This document shows positions 52,171-63,690 of a stretch of 64,000 nt of DNA, piece after piece. The stretch is from assembly GCA_002633005.1 (NCBI GenBank), contig NMRA01000011.1:175451-239450 (forward strand), in the 5' to 3' direction. Made by a program: the position numbers and the translations under genes. The stretch comes from Phoronis australis (Eukaryota > Animalia > Phoronida). The number at the start of each line of letters is the position of its first letter. Positions within the stretch are counted from its first letter, which is position 1. The notes below the pieces were generated by a model. That model had not been told where the DNA came from and ran no database searches. It saw nothing but the letters and a program-made list of their open reading frames with translations.

Positions 52171-52633
52171 AAAGCATAGCTTTTTTCGCGAGTGTTTTAG
52201 GTGCACAGAACACAGCCTAGGGCATACGCCAATCAGTTGTTTTTTTCTTGTATTTTTTGTTTTTTTACTCAAAATAACTTCAAAGAACCCCTGAATACCA
52301 ATGTATTGAGCGTCAAACAAACTGGTGCAAAAGTAATGAGCGTCAAACAATCTCACATGAATGTGGAAGCCTAGATCCCTTCCTGTTGAGTGTACCCTCT
52401 CAAATTCCATCCTCTGACCAACTTAACATTCATGCCTGTCGTAGTTTATCACATTTACATAAAACTGTGCAAATTTCTATTATTTAGTTTTTGGGGATTT
52501 ATTATTACTAATTATCACGACAAAACATGTAATCTCATGTGGCATTAATACTTGAATTGTGTTTTTCATTTTCTCACATCTACATTTTACGTAGTCAGTG
52601 CGTTGCACATTCTGATCTAATTAAACGATTTAA

Positions 52634-53782
52634 GGGAGGTGTATACACTGGTCAAATCTTCAGGCTCCTATCTACAATAAGTATAAAGGGGTTTTAACTA
52701 GTTACTCAAAGGGAAAAAAACGGAAAAAACGTTTTTATTGTTCTTTGTTTTTTTAAATATCGTATTTTTTAATTTTCCAAAAAATCCAATTTTACCTCGA
52801 TTTTTTTCAAAACGCACAGGGATTATCATCAACTCTTTGCTTACGCAACATTCTATTATCCATACCAAATATATGTGCAAAATCATTATGATTTGTGGCA
52901 TTTTTGGGTGTGAATTGTGGCAAGTACGCTTCCTTCTGTCATTTGGCCACTTTCCGTCTAATAACTAATTTAAAAATCTGGTCCATGTAGCAAAAAATCC
53001 TGGCAGGCGATTTTACTTCAGTCCTAGAGGATTTTAAATTTGCAAATTTCATAAAAATTGACCCACGTGTTGCGGAAAAATAGGCCGGACAATCTTGTCA
53101 CTACTCTGAAATCACGAGCCGAGAAAAACGGCTTTGAAGTTTAGTGGGTATTGATTGCCAGTTAGAGGTCAACATTGGCTCAGAATGTGCCGTCATTGTG
53201 TTCCATTTTTTGTTGATGTACTAGAAATAAAGCTGATATTTACTTTATGTTTAGAAAATGTGACATACCTGTTTGTTTACAGCGTAATTTTAATCATTTT
53301 TGCGAACTTGTGACGCTCAACAGACGACCAAAACAAATACATGTATGGCTGTCACGTGGGCGGAGCTTAGCGTTGATGTATTGTGTGCTGTTCTGGTGTG
53401 CCGACCACACATCATTAAAACCATGTGTTGATTGTTTATGCGACTCATCTGAACTCTCCACTCAGTGTGGTAAAAGACTCTCAAACTATTTTACATAGAC
53501 CTATTTGTTAGAATTCCACTATTATATGTAGTTATCGTCTCTTCATCAACCAGTATATGTGCCATATCAAATCGCCGCGTTACTGTCTACATAACAACAT
53601 TGGCGACGAGGATAAAGAACTACTTTTATCGTAATGGTTAAACATTTTCACGTGCCTGTACCGCCAACATATTGACCGAATAGACGTTGGGATAAGAAAA
53701 TAGCACTTTCTGTGTAAATAGCGTCGTTTGGGTGAGATTCTCAAATTACCAAAGTTTCTTATCTTGCTTTCCACTAAAATCG
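52634..53782. mobile_element. Left part of the Kolobok-type element (duplicate of 54656-55800)
   Basis: TTAA|GGGAGGTGTATACAC, truncated at the N. Confidence 0.8.
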
Positions 53783-54655
53783 NACAAATACTATCAGTCG
53801 CGTTCAAATGTTCTTGTCCTGTAGATTCCGGAAAAGTCCCCTAAAAGATGTCACTATCAATGAGATTTTGTACAATCCCGTCCCATTCTTCTATTCGGGG
53901 CTTACAGATCCGTGTAGAGCAGAGTAACCGTAAACCAAAGTTTCTTGTCAGTAAAGAGAGGCTACGCAAAATCATGGGAATGAAAGGCGAGTGTTCCGCA
54001 TAAATGCTCGAGACCTCTCTAACGTAAGTTACAAGAAAATTGCGACCACTGAATTGATTGGCCTTTCCTTCAGCAAAGATTTCTCGCCACTAATGCATGG
54101 CGAACGTCTCGGGTTTACCGAAGAATCTTGTGAAGCGCAGTTCCGCAAGATTTTACGACATACATTAATTACCACATTACAACTGAAGCAGGTATAAAGC
54201 ATAGCTTTTTTCGCGAGTGTTTTAGGTGCACAGAACACAGCCTAGGGCATACGCCAATCAGTTGTTTTCTTCTTGTATTTTTTGTTTTTTTTTACTCAAA
54301 ATAACTTCAAAGAACCCCTGAATACCAATGTATTGAGCGTCAAACAAACTGGTGCAAAAGTAATGAGCGTCAAACAATCTCACATGAATGTGGGCGCCTA
54401 GATCCCTTCCTGTTGAGTGTACCCTCTCAAATTCCATCCTCTGACCAACATTCATGCCTGTCGTAGTTTATCACATTTACATAAAACTGTGCAAATTTCT
54501 ATTATTTAGTTTTTGGTGATTTATTATTACTAATTATCACGACAAAACATGTAATCTCATTTGGCATTAATACTTGAATTGTGTTTTTCATTTTCTCACA
54601 TCTACATTTTACGTAGTCAGTGCGTTGCACATTCTGATCTAATTAAACGATTTAA

Positions 54656-56535
54656 GGGAGGTGTATACACTGGTCAAATCTCCAGGCTCCTATCTACAAT
54701 AAGTATAAAGGGGTTTTGACTAGTTACTGAAAGTGAAAAAAACCGGAAAAAACGTTTTTATTGTTCTTTGTTTTTTTTAAATATCGTATTTTTTAATATT
54801 CCAAAAATTCCAATTTTACCTCGATTTTTTTCAAAACGCACAGGGATTATCATCAACTCTTTCCTTACGCAACATTCTATTATCCATACCAAATATATGT
54901 GCAAAATCATTGTGATTTGTGGCATTTTTGGGTGTGAATTGTGGCAAGTACGCCACCTTCTGTCATTTGGCCACTTTCCGTCTAATAACTAATTTAAAAA
55001 TCTGGTCCATGTAGCAAAAAATCCTGGCAGGCGATTTTATTTCAGTCCTAGAGGATTTTAAATTTGCAAATTTCGAAAAAATTGACCCACGTGTTGCGGA
55101 AAAATAGGCCGGACAATCTTGTCACTACTCTGAAATCACGAGCCGAGAAAAACGGCTTTGAAGTTTAGTGGGTATTGATTGCCAGTTAGAGGTCAACATT
55201 GGTTCAGAATGCGCCGTCATTATGTTCCATTTTTTGTTGATGTACTAGAAATAAAGCTGATATTTACTTTATGTTTAGAAAATGTGACATACCTGTTTGT
55301 TTACAGCGTAATTTTAATCATTTTTGCGAACTTGTGAAGCTCAACAGACAACCAAAACAAATATGGCTGTCACGTGGGCGGAGCTTAGCGTTGATGTATT
55401 ATGTGCTGTTCTGGTGTGCCGACCACACATCATTAAAACCATGTGTTGATTGTTTATGCGACTCATCTGAACTCTCCACTCAGTGTGGTAAAAGACTCTC
55501 AAACTATTTTACATAGACCTATTTGTTAGTATTCCACTATTATATGTAGTTACCGTCTCTTCATCAACCAATATAAGTGCCATATCAAATCGCCGCGTTA
55601 CTGTCTACATAACAACATTGGCGACGAGGATAAAGAACTACTTTCATAGTAATGGTTAAACATTTTCACGTGCCTGTACCGCCAACATATTGACCGAATA
55701 GACGTTGGGATAAGAAAATAGCACTTTCTGTGTAAACAGCGTCGTTTGGGTGAGATTCTCAAATTACCAAAGTTTCTTATCTTGCTTTCCACTAAAATCG
55801 TATAATATGCATGAGCTTTAACTCAGGGATACGTTTGAATCTACGCACTAGAACAAATTTGTTATGCTTAACACTGGGTCATTTCCCTAATTGACTTTGA
55901 GTTACGGCCGGCGGCAAGTTCAAAAATCCACTGAGTTTGGCAGCCTAGTTTGTCCACGGCGCGTTCCTAGCACAGAAGCACGGTTTATCTCCAAAAACTG
56001 TACTCTGAGGGCATGTAGTTGTCCATGTCTCGCGCGCGCGCGGCGTGTCTTCACACAATTTCTGCACTGACTCATCAAGCTGAGTGCAGCGATGGCTTCG
56101 GTAGGACGACGTTCTCTACTGAATTTTTTTGCAGATGGACGAACAGGCTCAGGCTCGGAACAGTAGTTCACCAGTTCACCACCAACTTTCACATGATCAA
56201 AAATATAATTATTTTATTCTTGGTTTCGCTACAACATCTATATCAGCTGGTACAGCAGTCTCGATTGCCTGGTTACGCAATGTTTGTTGACAGGATTAGA
56301 TTAGAGCTAGTGTCCTTGTATAAGCTCCGCCCCACTTGTCAGTCATTGGGCTGGTGAGCAGAAATGTCATACGACTTACTGAAGCTTGGTCAAATATTAT
56401 TAAAATAACAACTTTGGATTTTCAGAATAATTTTATTTTTCTTCACTATAGTGCGCATCAAGAATTAAAGATTAGGATGACATAAAAATGTAAACAAAAA
56501 CAGGCAAAATTAATTTTTTTGTGTATCCACCTGCC
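54656..56535. mobile_element. Non-autonomous Kolobok-type DNA transposon, complete copy
   Basis: TTAA TSD and TIR GGGAGGTGTATACAC / GTGTATCCACCTGCC. Colinear with 26299-28255. Confidence 0.85.
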
Positions 56536-56676
56536 TTAATTGGTTTGTGCAACTTTAGAAATCTGCTGTCGACAATTTAAAAACGCATGGAAAATGTAGG
56601 CACAATGCTGTATTATTTCACAACTTGCGTTGTGTTAGGTGATAACCTTCACCAACATCTATGTACACGCGATCTA

Positions 56677-56816
56677 CAGTGGCGGTTTAGAGAGGGCCAA
56701 GGGGAAAGCCCCCTAAAATTCTCCCAGATTACATTTGACAGTTCGGGGTGCTAATGTCTGACGGGTAAAATCCCAGCTAATTCTCCTCCCTCCTCAAAAT
56801 CCTGGATCCGCCCCTG
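56677..56816. mobile_element. 140-bp MITE with 5-bp TSD
   Basis: CAGTGGCGG...CCGCCCCTG flanked by ATCTA on both sides. Confidence 0.8.
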
Positions 56817-56889
56817 ATCTAAGGAATACAACAAACACCACGATTATGCAATTTGTTGCTTTTCGTTATTTGCATTGCCAAGGTAACAA

Positions 56890-57170
56890 AAAATCCCCTC
56901 TCTCGCAACGCAAGAGAAGTAGTTGGCCATGCTAGCGCATCTACTGTACATTTAGATGTAATAACTGACAACGAAGAGTTGAATCGTTTCCAACGAAACG
57001 TTGAATCGTTTCGATAAAATATTTTCCAGAAACTACAAGCGTACGTCAAATATTAGAACGATAACTGAGCAATAATACCGGGTTGTGGAAGTATTCAAGC
57101 TGATGCCAGATCATAGCCAGATAGGCTTCGTCTGAATAAAACGTAATTGCGGATGCCAATTATAGTCACA
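56890..57170 (-). pseudogene. Decayed vWA domain
   Basis: IRNYV...SGYDL...GII...SF, then TFRWKRFNSSLSVITS..TVDALAWPTTSLAL. Confidence 0.55.
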
Positions 57171-57889
57171 CGACCCCAAATTATACATTCTAAACTGCTG
57201 GTACGCATGGTACCCAACTATTCTGCCAAGTGTTGTAGTGAACTGCATACTTCTTTCCTGAGGCGCTGGTAATTAACATGACCGCAGGGTCGGTTCATGG
57301 CACTATAAAAGTTGATACGCTTTGGTCTAAATGGATGCTTATGGAAAGTAAACTAAAAGTCAACACCAATTAAAACAAGCGACATGCTCACCATGAACAA
57401 TGTGGGGAAATCTAAAATCGATAAATTTTAAGCGAAGGTTTATGCGTTTATGTAATTCATATAGAGCTGAGTGCGCACGTGACTGTTTTTTAACAGATTT
57501 AACTCAAAACCCCACGTTCCAGTTTCTTGTTCATTTCAGGTTTTGCTCGGGCTTAGTTAATTCCACGCTAAGTGATTTTTCGTCGGCCACGAAACACGTC
57601 GATGACGTTTACGTCACGTGACGATTAGGGTTTAATTCTGTTAAAAGACGCAAAGTGCTGATCAAGTCTAGTGAAAGGATCTGCGATGCGTAGACGATTA
57701 TGCGATACTAAATATAACAACCAACTGCTTGAGTGAGGCAACAGATAGAAGAAACATCTCTGGTCACACAGAAGCTTCCACGAGTAGATTTGCAAAGGTG
57801 TGTATTATCGTTTTATCTTATGCAAACTTGTTTCGATGACTATATCTAGTTTGGAAATGGAAATACTACTGAACAGAACTTGATACTTT

Positions 57890-58230
57890 AAATTTAAAAA
57901 CACGAAACTACAAATGCGGGCGAAAATGGTAACCGGATATTCTTTTCTTTCGCCCTTTCACGGAACACTTCCGATTACCCCAAGACGAACACTGCGCTAT
58001 CTAAACGCGAATAGTTTGAAGTAGGCCCAAGTCGAAATATGTGTTTTGCTTCGAGGAAAAAAAAACAATTCTTCAGACGAACCATTTGATTGCAAGCTAC
58101 AGAACACGCACGCACCTCAGGTAATCGTGTATTTGCTTAGGGCTTACGGTATAATGGTGTTGACGGATATCGGATAGGAAGCGCGGAACGCAGGCTGATA
58201 TAAACCGGTATTGTTCACGTGTTTGTTCTT
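57890..58230 (+). pseudogene. Possible decayed vWA domain
   Basis: AGENGNRIFF...DYPKTNTALS, HAPQVIVYL...EARNA, TGIVHVFVL. Confidence 0.4.
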
Positions 58231-58699
58231 TAGACATGTAGACTGTCTTTGATTCCAAGTTATCTGACATGAGTGCGCTCGATCACCTTCAGGAAGTTAG
58301 CAAATTCGTATCCCTTAGTGACACGATACGAGTGGAGAAAATGTCCATTTGAACGAGTTCTATCGCCAGAGGTAACTTACTTATTGATGCTGTGTGACCG
58401 CAAGTGATTCAAGTAGCGAGTAGTCAGTCAAGTTGAAAATACATTGTTTTGATGTTCGTAAACCGATTTTTCTGTTCAACTCACTGATTGCAATCAAAGC
58501 ATTGGCACCACGCAGTGCACAAGAGCAGCCGTAGCCTGAAGCCAGCAACAGTTTACAACCACGTAATCGATTTTTCTTGCTCTAGTGCGAGAGGGTTCTG
58601 TCGGTCTTTTTTCCGAGTTTCGCCTCGTTGAACATATGTATTCTAATCACAGCCAGATAGTATGCACCTTTCTTGTTTCGCAGTCAGTGTGCTCTTAGT

Positions 58700-59150
58700 T
58701 CATTGACCACTGGAGAAAATAGTTCGCCCAGCTGAATGCTGTTTCAGTTCACTTCATAGCCTGTTTAAAGGGCCATAGGCTGAGTTGTCAGCAGACACAT
58801 CTAAATAAAATCAAACCAGTTACACTACTTGTGCACTTCTACAAAGTTGATCTTTTGAAGATAAAACTTGACATTTCTTGGTCTGGTTAAGGTTTATCTC
58901 TTCTAAACGTGTGGTAAACCTGTAACTGAATATTTCAGAAGCTGGCCGACATCCGTTATAGTTGAAGAAAGCGATAGATTGCTATAGTGAATTAGTGGTA
59001 GATAAATGTAGGTTACCTTGCTAAATTCGACAAAAATAATGCGTTTAGATTTTGTGGGAGAGGTTACAAGGGGTCCGGAATTGCACCGCTCATTCAAACA
59101 CATTTCGGTTTGCTGTGAGGAATCTATGGCGCCTCCTATGTTTGTATAAC
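58700..59150 (-). pseudogene. Decayed vWA domain(s)
   Basis: RYTNIGGAI, SPTKSKRIIFVEFSKVTYIYLPLIHYSNLSLSSTI, ELKQH..RTIFSSG. Confidence 0.65.
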
Positions 59151-59155
59151 GTTAA

Positions 59156-60527
59156 AGGAGAATGCCACCCGGTTTAATTAGTTTTTGTTACCGTCTTAAT
59201 CGGTCTATATCACATCACCTCGTATACAGTCGATCTCACCTCGCCGGAAGGTGTCGCGTTAACCTGTGAGGAAGGTGAGTACACGACGCAGCGACGTCGG
59301 TGGTTCTTCAGCTGAATGTGTGCCGCTATGGTGTGACGTATCGTTCCCGCTTGTGCGAACCACGGAGATGCAAAAAGCGAGTATATGGTTTTTTCGATTT
59401 CCTCGAGAACCTGAAATGCTTCAGAAATGGTTCTCGGCAGTAAAGAACTAAACGTACGCTTTTAATATTAAGTATGAGGCCGTTAAATATATCTGTGTCT
59501 GTTTCAAAATGAGTTATTTCCATCTCTACTAATGTTTACATAAAACTGAAACGTCAAAAGTCTGCCCCAGTAGGTACAATTTGTAATGCCTTAAGAGTGT
59601 TCGTGAGTGCAAATATTTTGAGACATGGACAATGAATAAATCATACTGCGTTACGGGCTTCAGATGCAATGAAACTAATATTGACCACCTTGTGAGCGCA
59701 TGCTAATTGAATATTTGCTGACACAAATCTGTTGTGAAAGTTTAACTCGATTTTATATGCTATATGGTCACATGTTAGAGGAATCTTTATTTGGTTGTAT
59801 ATACATTATCCAAATCATTGTTAGTGTACATCTTTCCTTGTACTATTTTGTGGAAGGGGAACTTGGCTTCGCAGCTCCCGACGAGTAAGTAGATTTGCAA
59901 TTTCGCGGCGAATTCACCAAATGGTTCACTAGTCTAGTTTTTTCGTGACTGGAAGTTTAGTTTTCAATTTTTGTAGCCGACTAACCCCTGCTGGTTTGTG
60001 TTCACAATGCCACCAGTCCGACCGCGACGGGCCTGATCGGGTTCCGAACCACTGGGTATAACGAGCGTTTTGTGTTTAGAACAGAAAAATTCGCAAGTCT
60101 AACACACGGTTATGCTCTTGTGTCTGAATTTCACGGAAGAACAATTCTAATTCACCACCGAATAGACTCCAAACTTCCCGTGACCGACTAAGTTGGTCTA
60201 CCGAGCTTTTTGTGCTACCGTACACTAAAAATTTCTGTGAATCCGTAACAGCGAAATAAAACAACTCATTTGTTTAAAAACTCAATGTATTTTACAACGA
60301 ATTTCGATGATTTATTGGTGTAAAACGATGAATTTAAGCGATAAGCTGACACCAGTAATCGTCTTGTGAACTGCTGAGTAGACTGTTTGAACCTGTGACG
60401 TCATTGGTTAATTTCAGCACCTCCTTCTGCCGTCTGGTGTCAGGTAAAAGAACTGAACTGCTGTTATGGAGTTGAACTACTCGATCTAAATTGATGCAAA
60501 GCGCGTTGTTTTTGGTGACATTCTCCT
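59156..60527 (+). mobile_element. Kolobok-type transposon derivative with THAP remnant
   Basis: TTAA TSD and TIR AGGAGAATGCCACC / GGTGACATTCTCCT. Confidence 0.85.
59315..59510 (+). pseudogene. THAP zinc-finger remnant (transposase N-terminus)
   Basis: CVPLWC...SIWFFRFPREPEMLQKWFSAVKN*...YIC matches THAP C..P.C...FxFP...W...C. Confidence 0.8.
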
Positions 60528-60784
60528 TTAATTTGTGCTTTCGAGGAGCAGACTGTAGACCCTTGGTAGAGCTCAGTAGCTGTCTTGTGAAGAGAAAAAT
60601 CTAGCCAAAGTGACCTGCTTTCATTTGAAATACGCGGCAATATATCGTGTATTCGCTTGCTTTTTAGCGAGGTCCTAGCGTTATTGAACTCTCCCCTGTA
60701 AAGACTTATTTTCACGGACAGGTTACGTGTCTATGGAACCGTGTCAATAAGGCTGAATATAGCCAAGCCAGGTCGAGATTATTA

Positions 60785-61260
60785 GATACCATGTATTGAT
60801 AGTCCAAATGTTCAGCTGGATAGCTAACTTAAAGACGTTGTATTGAGGTGTATGTTAAAATGGTACACTCGGTTACAGCCTGACCACCTTTGGCTTAATC
60901 ACAACATTGAAATTAAATGATACTCTGTTACCCTCGTCAACCCTCATAAGTTTGACCAAAACTTAGAAACTTCTTACGGAGTCTTCTGGTAATCGACAAA
61001 TGTTACTAACGCATTCGGTGGCGCTGTCCACCTCGAACCTCACGATACACTTTCTGACGTAGCAACAGAAGTTATAGCTAAATATTATTTTCGGTACAGC
61101 TGGGTTGTACTTTATTACGTAACAGCAGGTGGTGGAACCAATTTGTATAAAATCAACGTTAATTACCACTTCCACTTTGCTCATTGACCCACGGATTTCA
61201 TGTGCCAATAAACCTTCAATTGACACGATGAGTGAGTTAAATAGACTAAATGTAATAGAT
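60785..61260 (+). pseudogene. Decayed vWA domain (among the best preserved)
   Basis: CIDS...LKDVV...TLVNPHKFDQNLETSYGVFW*STNV...EVIAK...AGGGTNLYKI, then LLI-THG (TDG-like)...MSELNRLNV. Confidence 0.75.
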
Positions 61261-61539
61261 CAATATCAATGTGCCGCAGAGCAAGCTTTGGAGAAAAAGT
61301 TAATTTCAATTTGATTCATTTTTGGAAAATCCAGGATCGTCTAAAAACTGAAAATGATAGGATTAAGGCATTACTGAAGTTCTGTAAAAAGCATGGTTAA
61401 ACAGGTTATTAAAAGGTTGCTTCAATTATAAATCATGAAGTTTGATTGTTTTAATATGTCAATGTCAACGGCAAAGTTTTCGATTTTGTAGTGAACGTGT
61501 TGATTGAATTGAAACTCTGTCTCATATGTAACATCCATT

Positions 61540-61690
61540 CTACAACTCTGTCTGAATCTATCTACACTGTATCTATTTTCTACAAATCTATCTAACTACC
61601 TGTCTATCGTGTTCGTCTGTTTGTCAGTCTGTCAATCTGTCTGTCTGTCTGGTTTTCTGTAATTGTCTTTGTGCCTGCTTGTCTGTTTGT
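61540..61690. repeat. Degenerate (TCTA)/(TCTG)n microsatellite
   Basis: Directly visible. A similar (ACAG)n tract lies at about 44553-44600. Confidence 0.7.
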
Positions 61691-61847
61691 TGAACATTTA
61701 GTAACTATCGTACCATGTGCAATGTGCATCGCTAAATTAATGAAAATCCTTGTAAAGCTAAAAGTTATGACGTCAAACATCTGCATCATAAAATGCCGCG
61801 TGCAGGCAACCCATTCGTTTTAAGTCGTGCGTTTTGGGAAGTCTTGA

Positions 61848-62130
61848 TTGTCCGGGTACGTTTCGCAATTTAACAGTGAGAATATATGTACGATAAAGAC
61901 TGTGGCGTGGAAGCTAAACTTGTTTTCTGATGTGCGGGAGTGGTACAAAAGTATACGTTATCAAGATGGCTTACGCGTTCGATCAAATCGGCCGTGGCTA
62001 AGCGGTAACAAATTGAAACCGCACCGTGTGACAGTCATCGTATCAATAATAATTGAAAGCTGTTGTATATTATTTGATTTTTGTAGATATTCGATTAGTT
62101 TTAGCAATGATTTTGGAAGAATACGTTGAA
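61848..62130 (+). pseudogene. Decayed vWA domain
   Basis: GYVSQFNSE...VAWKLNLFSDVREWYKSIRYQDG...SN. Confidence 0.65.
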
Positions 62131-62149
62131 ATGTGTTATAAATTATACA

Positions 62150-62370
62150 TGATGGGTGTCGTATGGTGTTGCTCTAACTTTTGATTTGGACAACTTACAG
62201 CTGTCGTAAAATTGGCCTCAACTCGTTAAGTTGGGTAGTTAAAGCATCTAGCCTGGTTCTAAGTAATAACGGTCTGTCAGTGCTTTCCATGGCCAGGAGT
62301 GATACGTGATCCGATTATGAGACTCGTAGAAAACTGGCCTCAATCAAAACTTACCTTTCAACAGGCGGGT
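62150..62370 (+). pseudogene. Decayed vWA domain
   Basis: VALTFDLDN, SCRKIGLNS, SDYETRRKLASIKTYLSTGG. Confidence 0.5.
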
Positions 62371-63448
62371 AGATTTTGTAAAGATTCGTTCATTTGACAA
62401 GTAAATGCTGACGGGCTATTGCATAACTTCAGCGTTGCCTTTAGCTGGTGATGATGTTTTTTTCTAGCAAACGTCATCGTTGATCTGCAGTTAATTAAGC
62501 TGTTGCTGTGTTTTTAATTTCTATACAGATGTGTACACCCGCGTGGAATTGCCAATCCGCCGACAACGATTTACAGTCATTGCAGAACCTGCCTCGACTG
62601 TTGCGCAAACAAAAACCTGTGAGATCGTGTCCATCTCACCTAGCTCCTAGTGCAAACGTGAACATTTCTAAGATTATCACCACGTACATGTACGTGCACA
62701 TGTAGATGCTGCGGTACATATTAATCCTGACATGATGAAATTCATGTATTTTTGCTGCGATATACATGAGCGCGTCAGAAAAAAATATGCATTTTATGTT
62801 GCATGTATGTGTAATCCGAAACAAATTTTCGATCCTGAATTCGTTTCCGTAAATTGAGATTTTTATAGAAAACAGTCACCGCAACCATGCATGTATTCTG
62901 CTATAGTCTGGACACTTATTGTTATTTATTGGGTACAAATAAAACAACAAGTATAACATACATTTTAGTTGTATTGGGAATTTCAGGGTCACAGCTCTAC
63001 AAATAAATATTTCACAGAAGGAACCAGATGGGTTCCTTAATTACAAGAGATAACACACACATTTCCGGTACCCAAAGTGTAACTGAGTATCGAATACTAA
63101 GTGGCACAAGTTAGCATAGTACCAAATGGGTATCGGCCGATTGCCTTACAACTGGGTCGAGCAAAACGGCAAATTCAATAACAAGTACCAAGTGGGTACA
63201 CCAAACAGCCAACTGGGCTGTAACAACCTGGAAAGCAGGTTCCGGACAAGCTGAGTGAGCAGACAAGCCGGAGTGTTAAAAAAGATATTGTAAGAAACGT
63301 GGTGTTGTGGCTCAGTTTGTTATTTGTTTCGCAATCACTGCTGCTGAAAATGTGTTTGTTGTGTAACAGTTAACTTAAAAGTAGTTCTTTTTGCAAATAT
63401 GTCCACAGACAATTTTTATATAAAAACACGTCATTGATATTTTGTGAG

Positions 63449-63690
63449 TCAATGAATATCCGTTTCCGCCAACCAGGTAGCTGAATCAAAAACATGTGTT
63501 TGTCGTCGTGGACTATCTGTCATTTCAACTGAAACAGAATAAGAATTGATGGGGACGCTAATTCCGGGAATTTCATCTACTGCGCTGTTGACATTTTCAT
63601 TGCATCTTGGAAGAGTTGTAGTCTTGGAAACATCCGTTGACATCACACATAAGTTTGGGGTAGTTCGCCAACCTAACTGCAGTCGTTTTT
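63449..63690 (-). pseudogene. Decayed vWA domain
   Basis: CFQDYNSSK, ENVNSAVDEIP...SVEMTDS...VFDSATWLAETDI. Confidence 0.5.

Larger units (their letters stand above)
51759..55800 (+). repeat. Tandem duplication 51759-53782 / 53784-55800 joined by a single N (probable artefact)
   Basis: Near-identical copies. N at 53783 cuts a transposon mid-body. Confidence 0.9.

Noticed and set aside
60597-60715. vWA-like reading SLWLDFSL on the minus strand
   Set aside because: The sequence is a partial copy of the MITE at 48450-48597.
60990-61190. Resemblance to an ionotropic glutamate receptor N-terminal domain (HLEP...VVLYY)
   Set aside because: The flanking motifs (GVFWxSTNV, GGGTNL, TDG-like) fit vWA much better.
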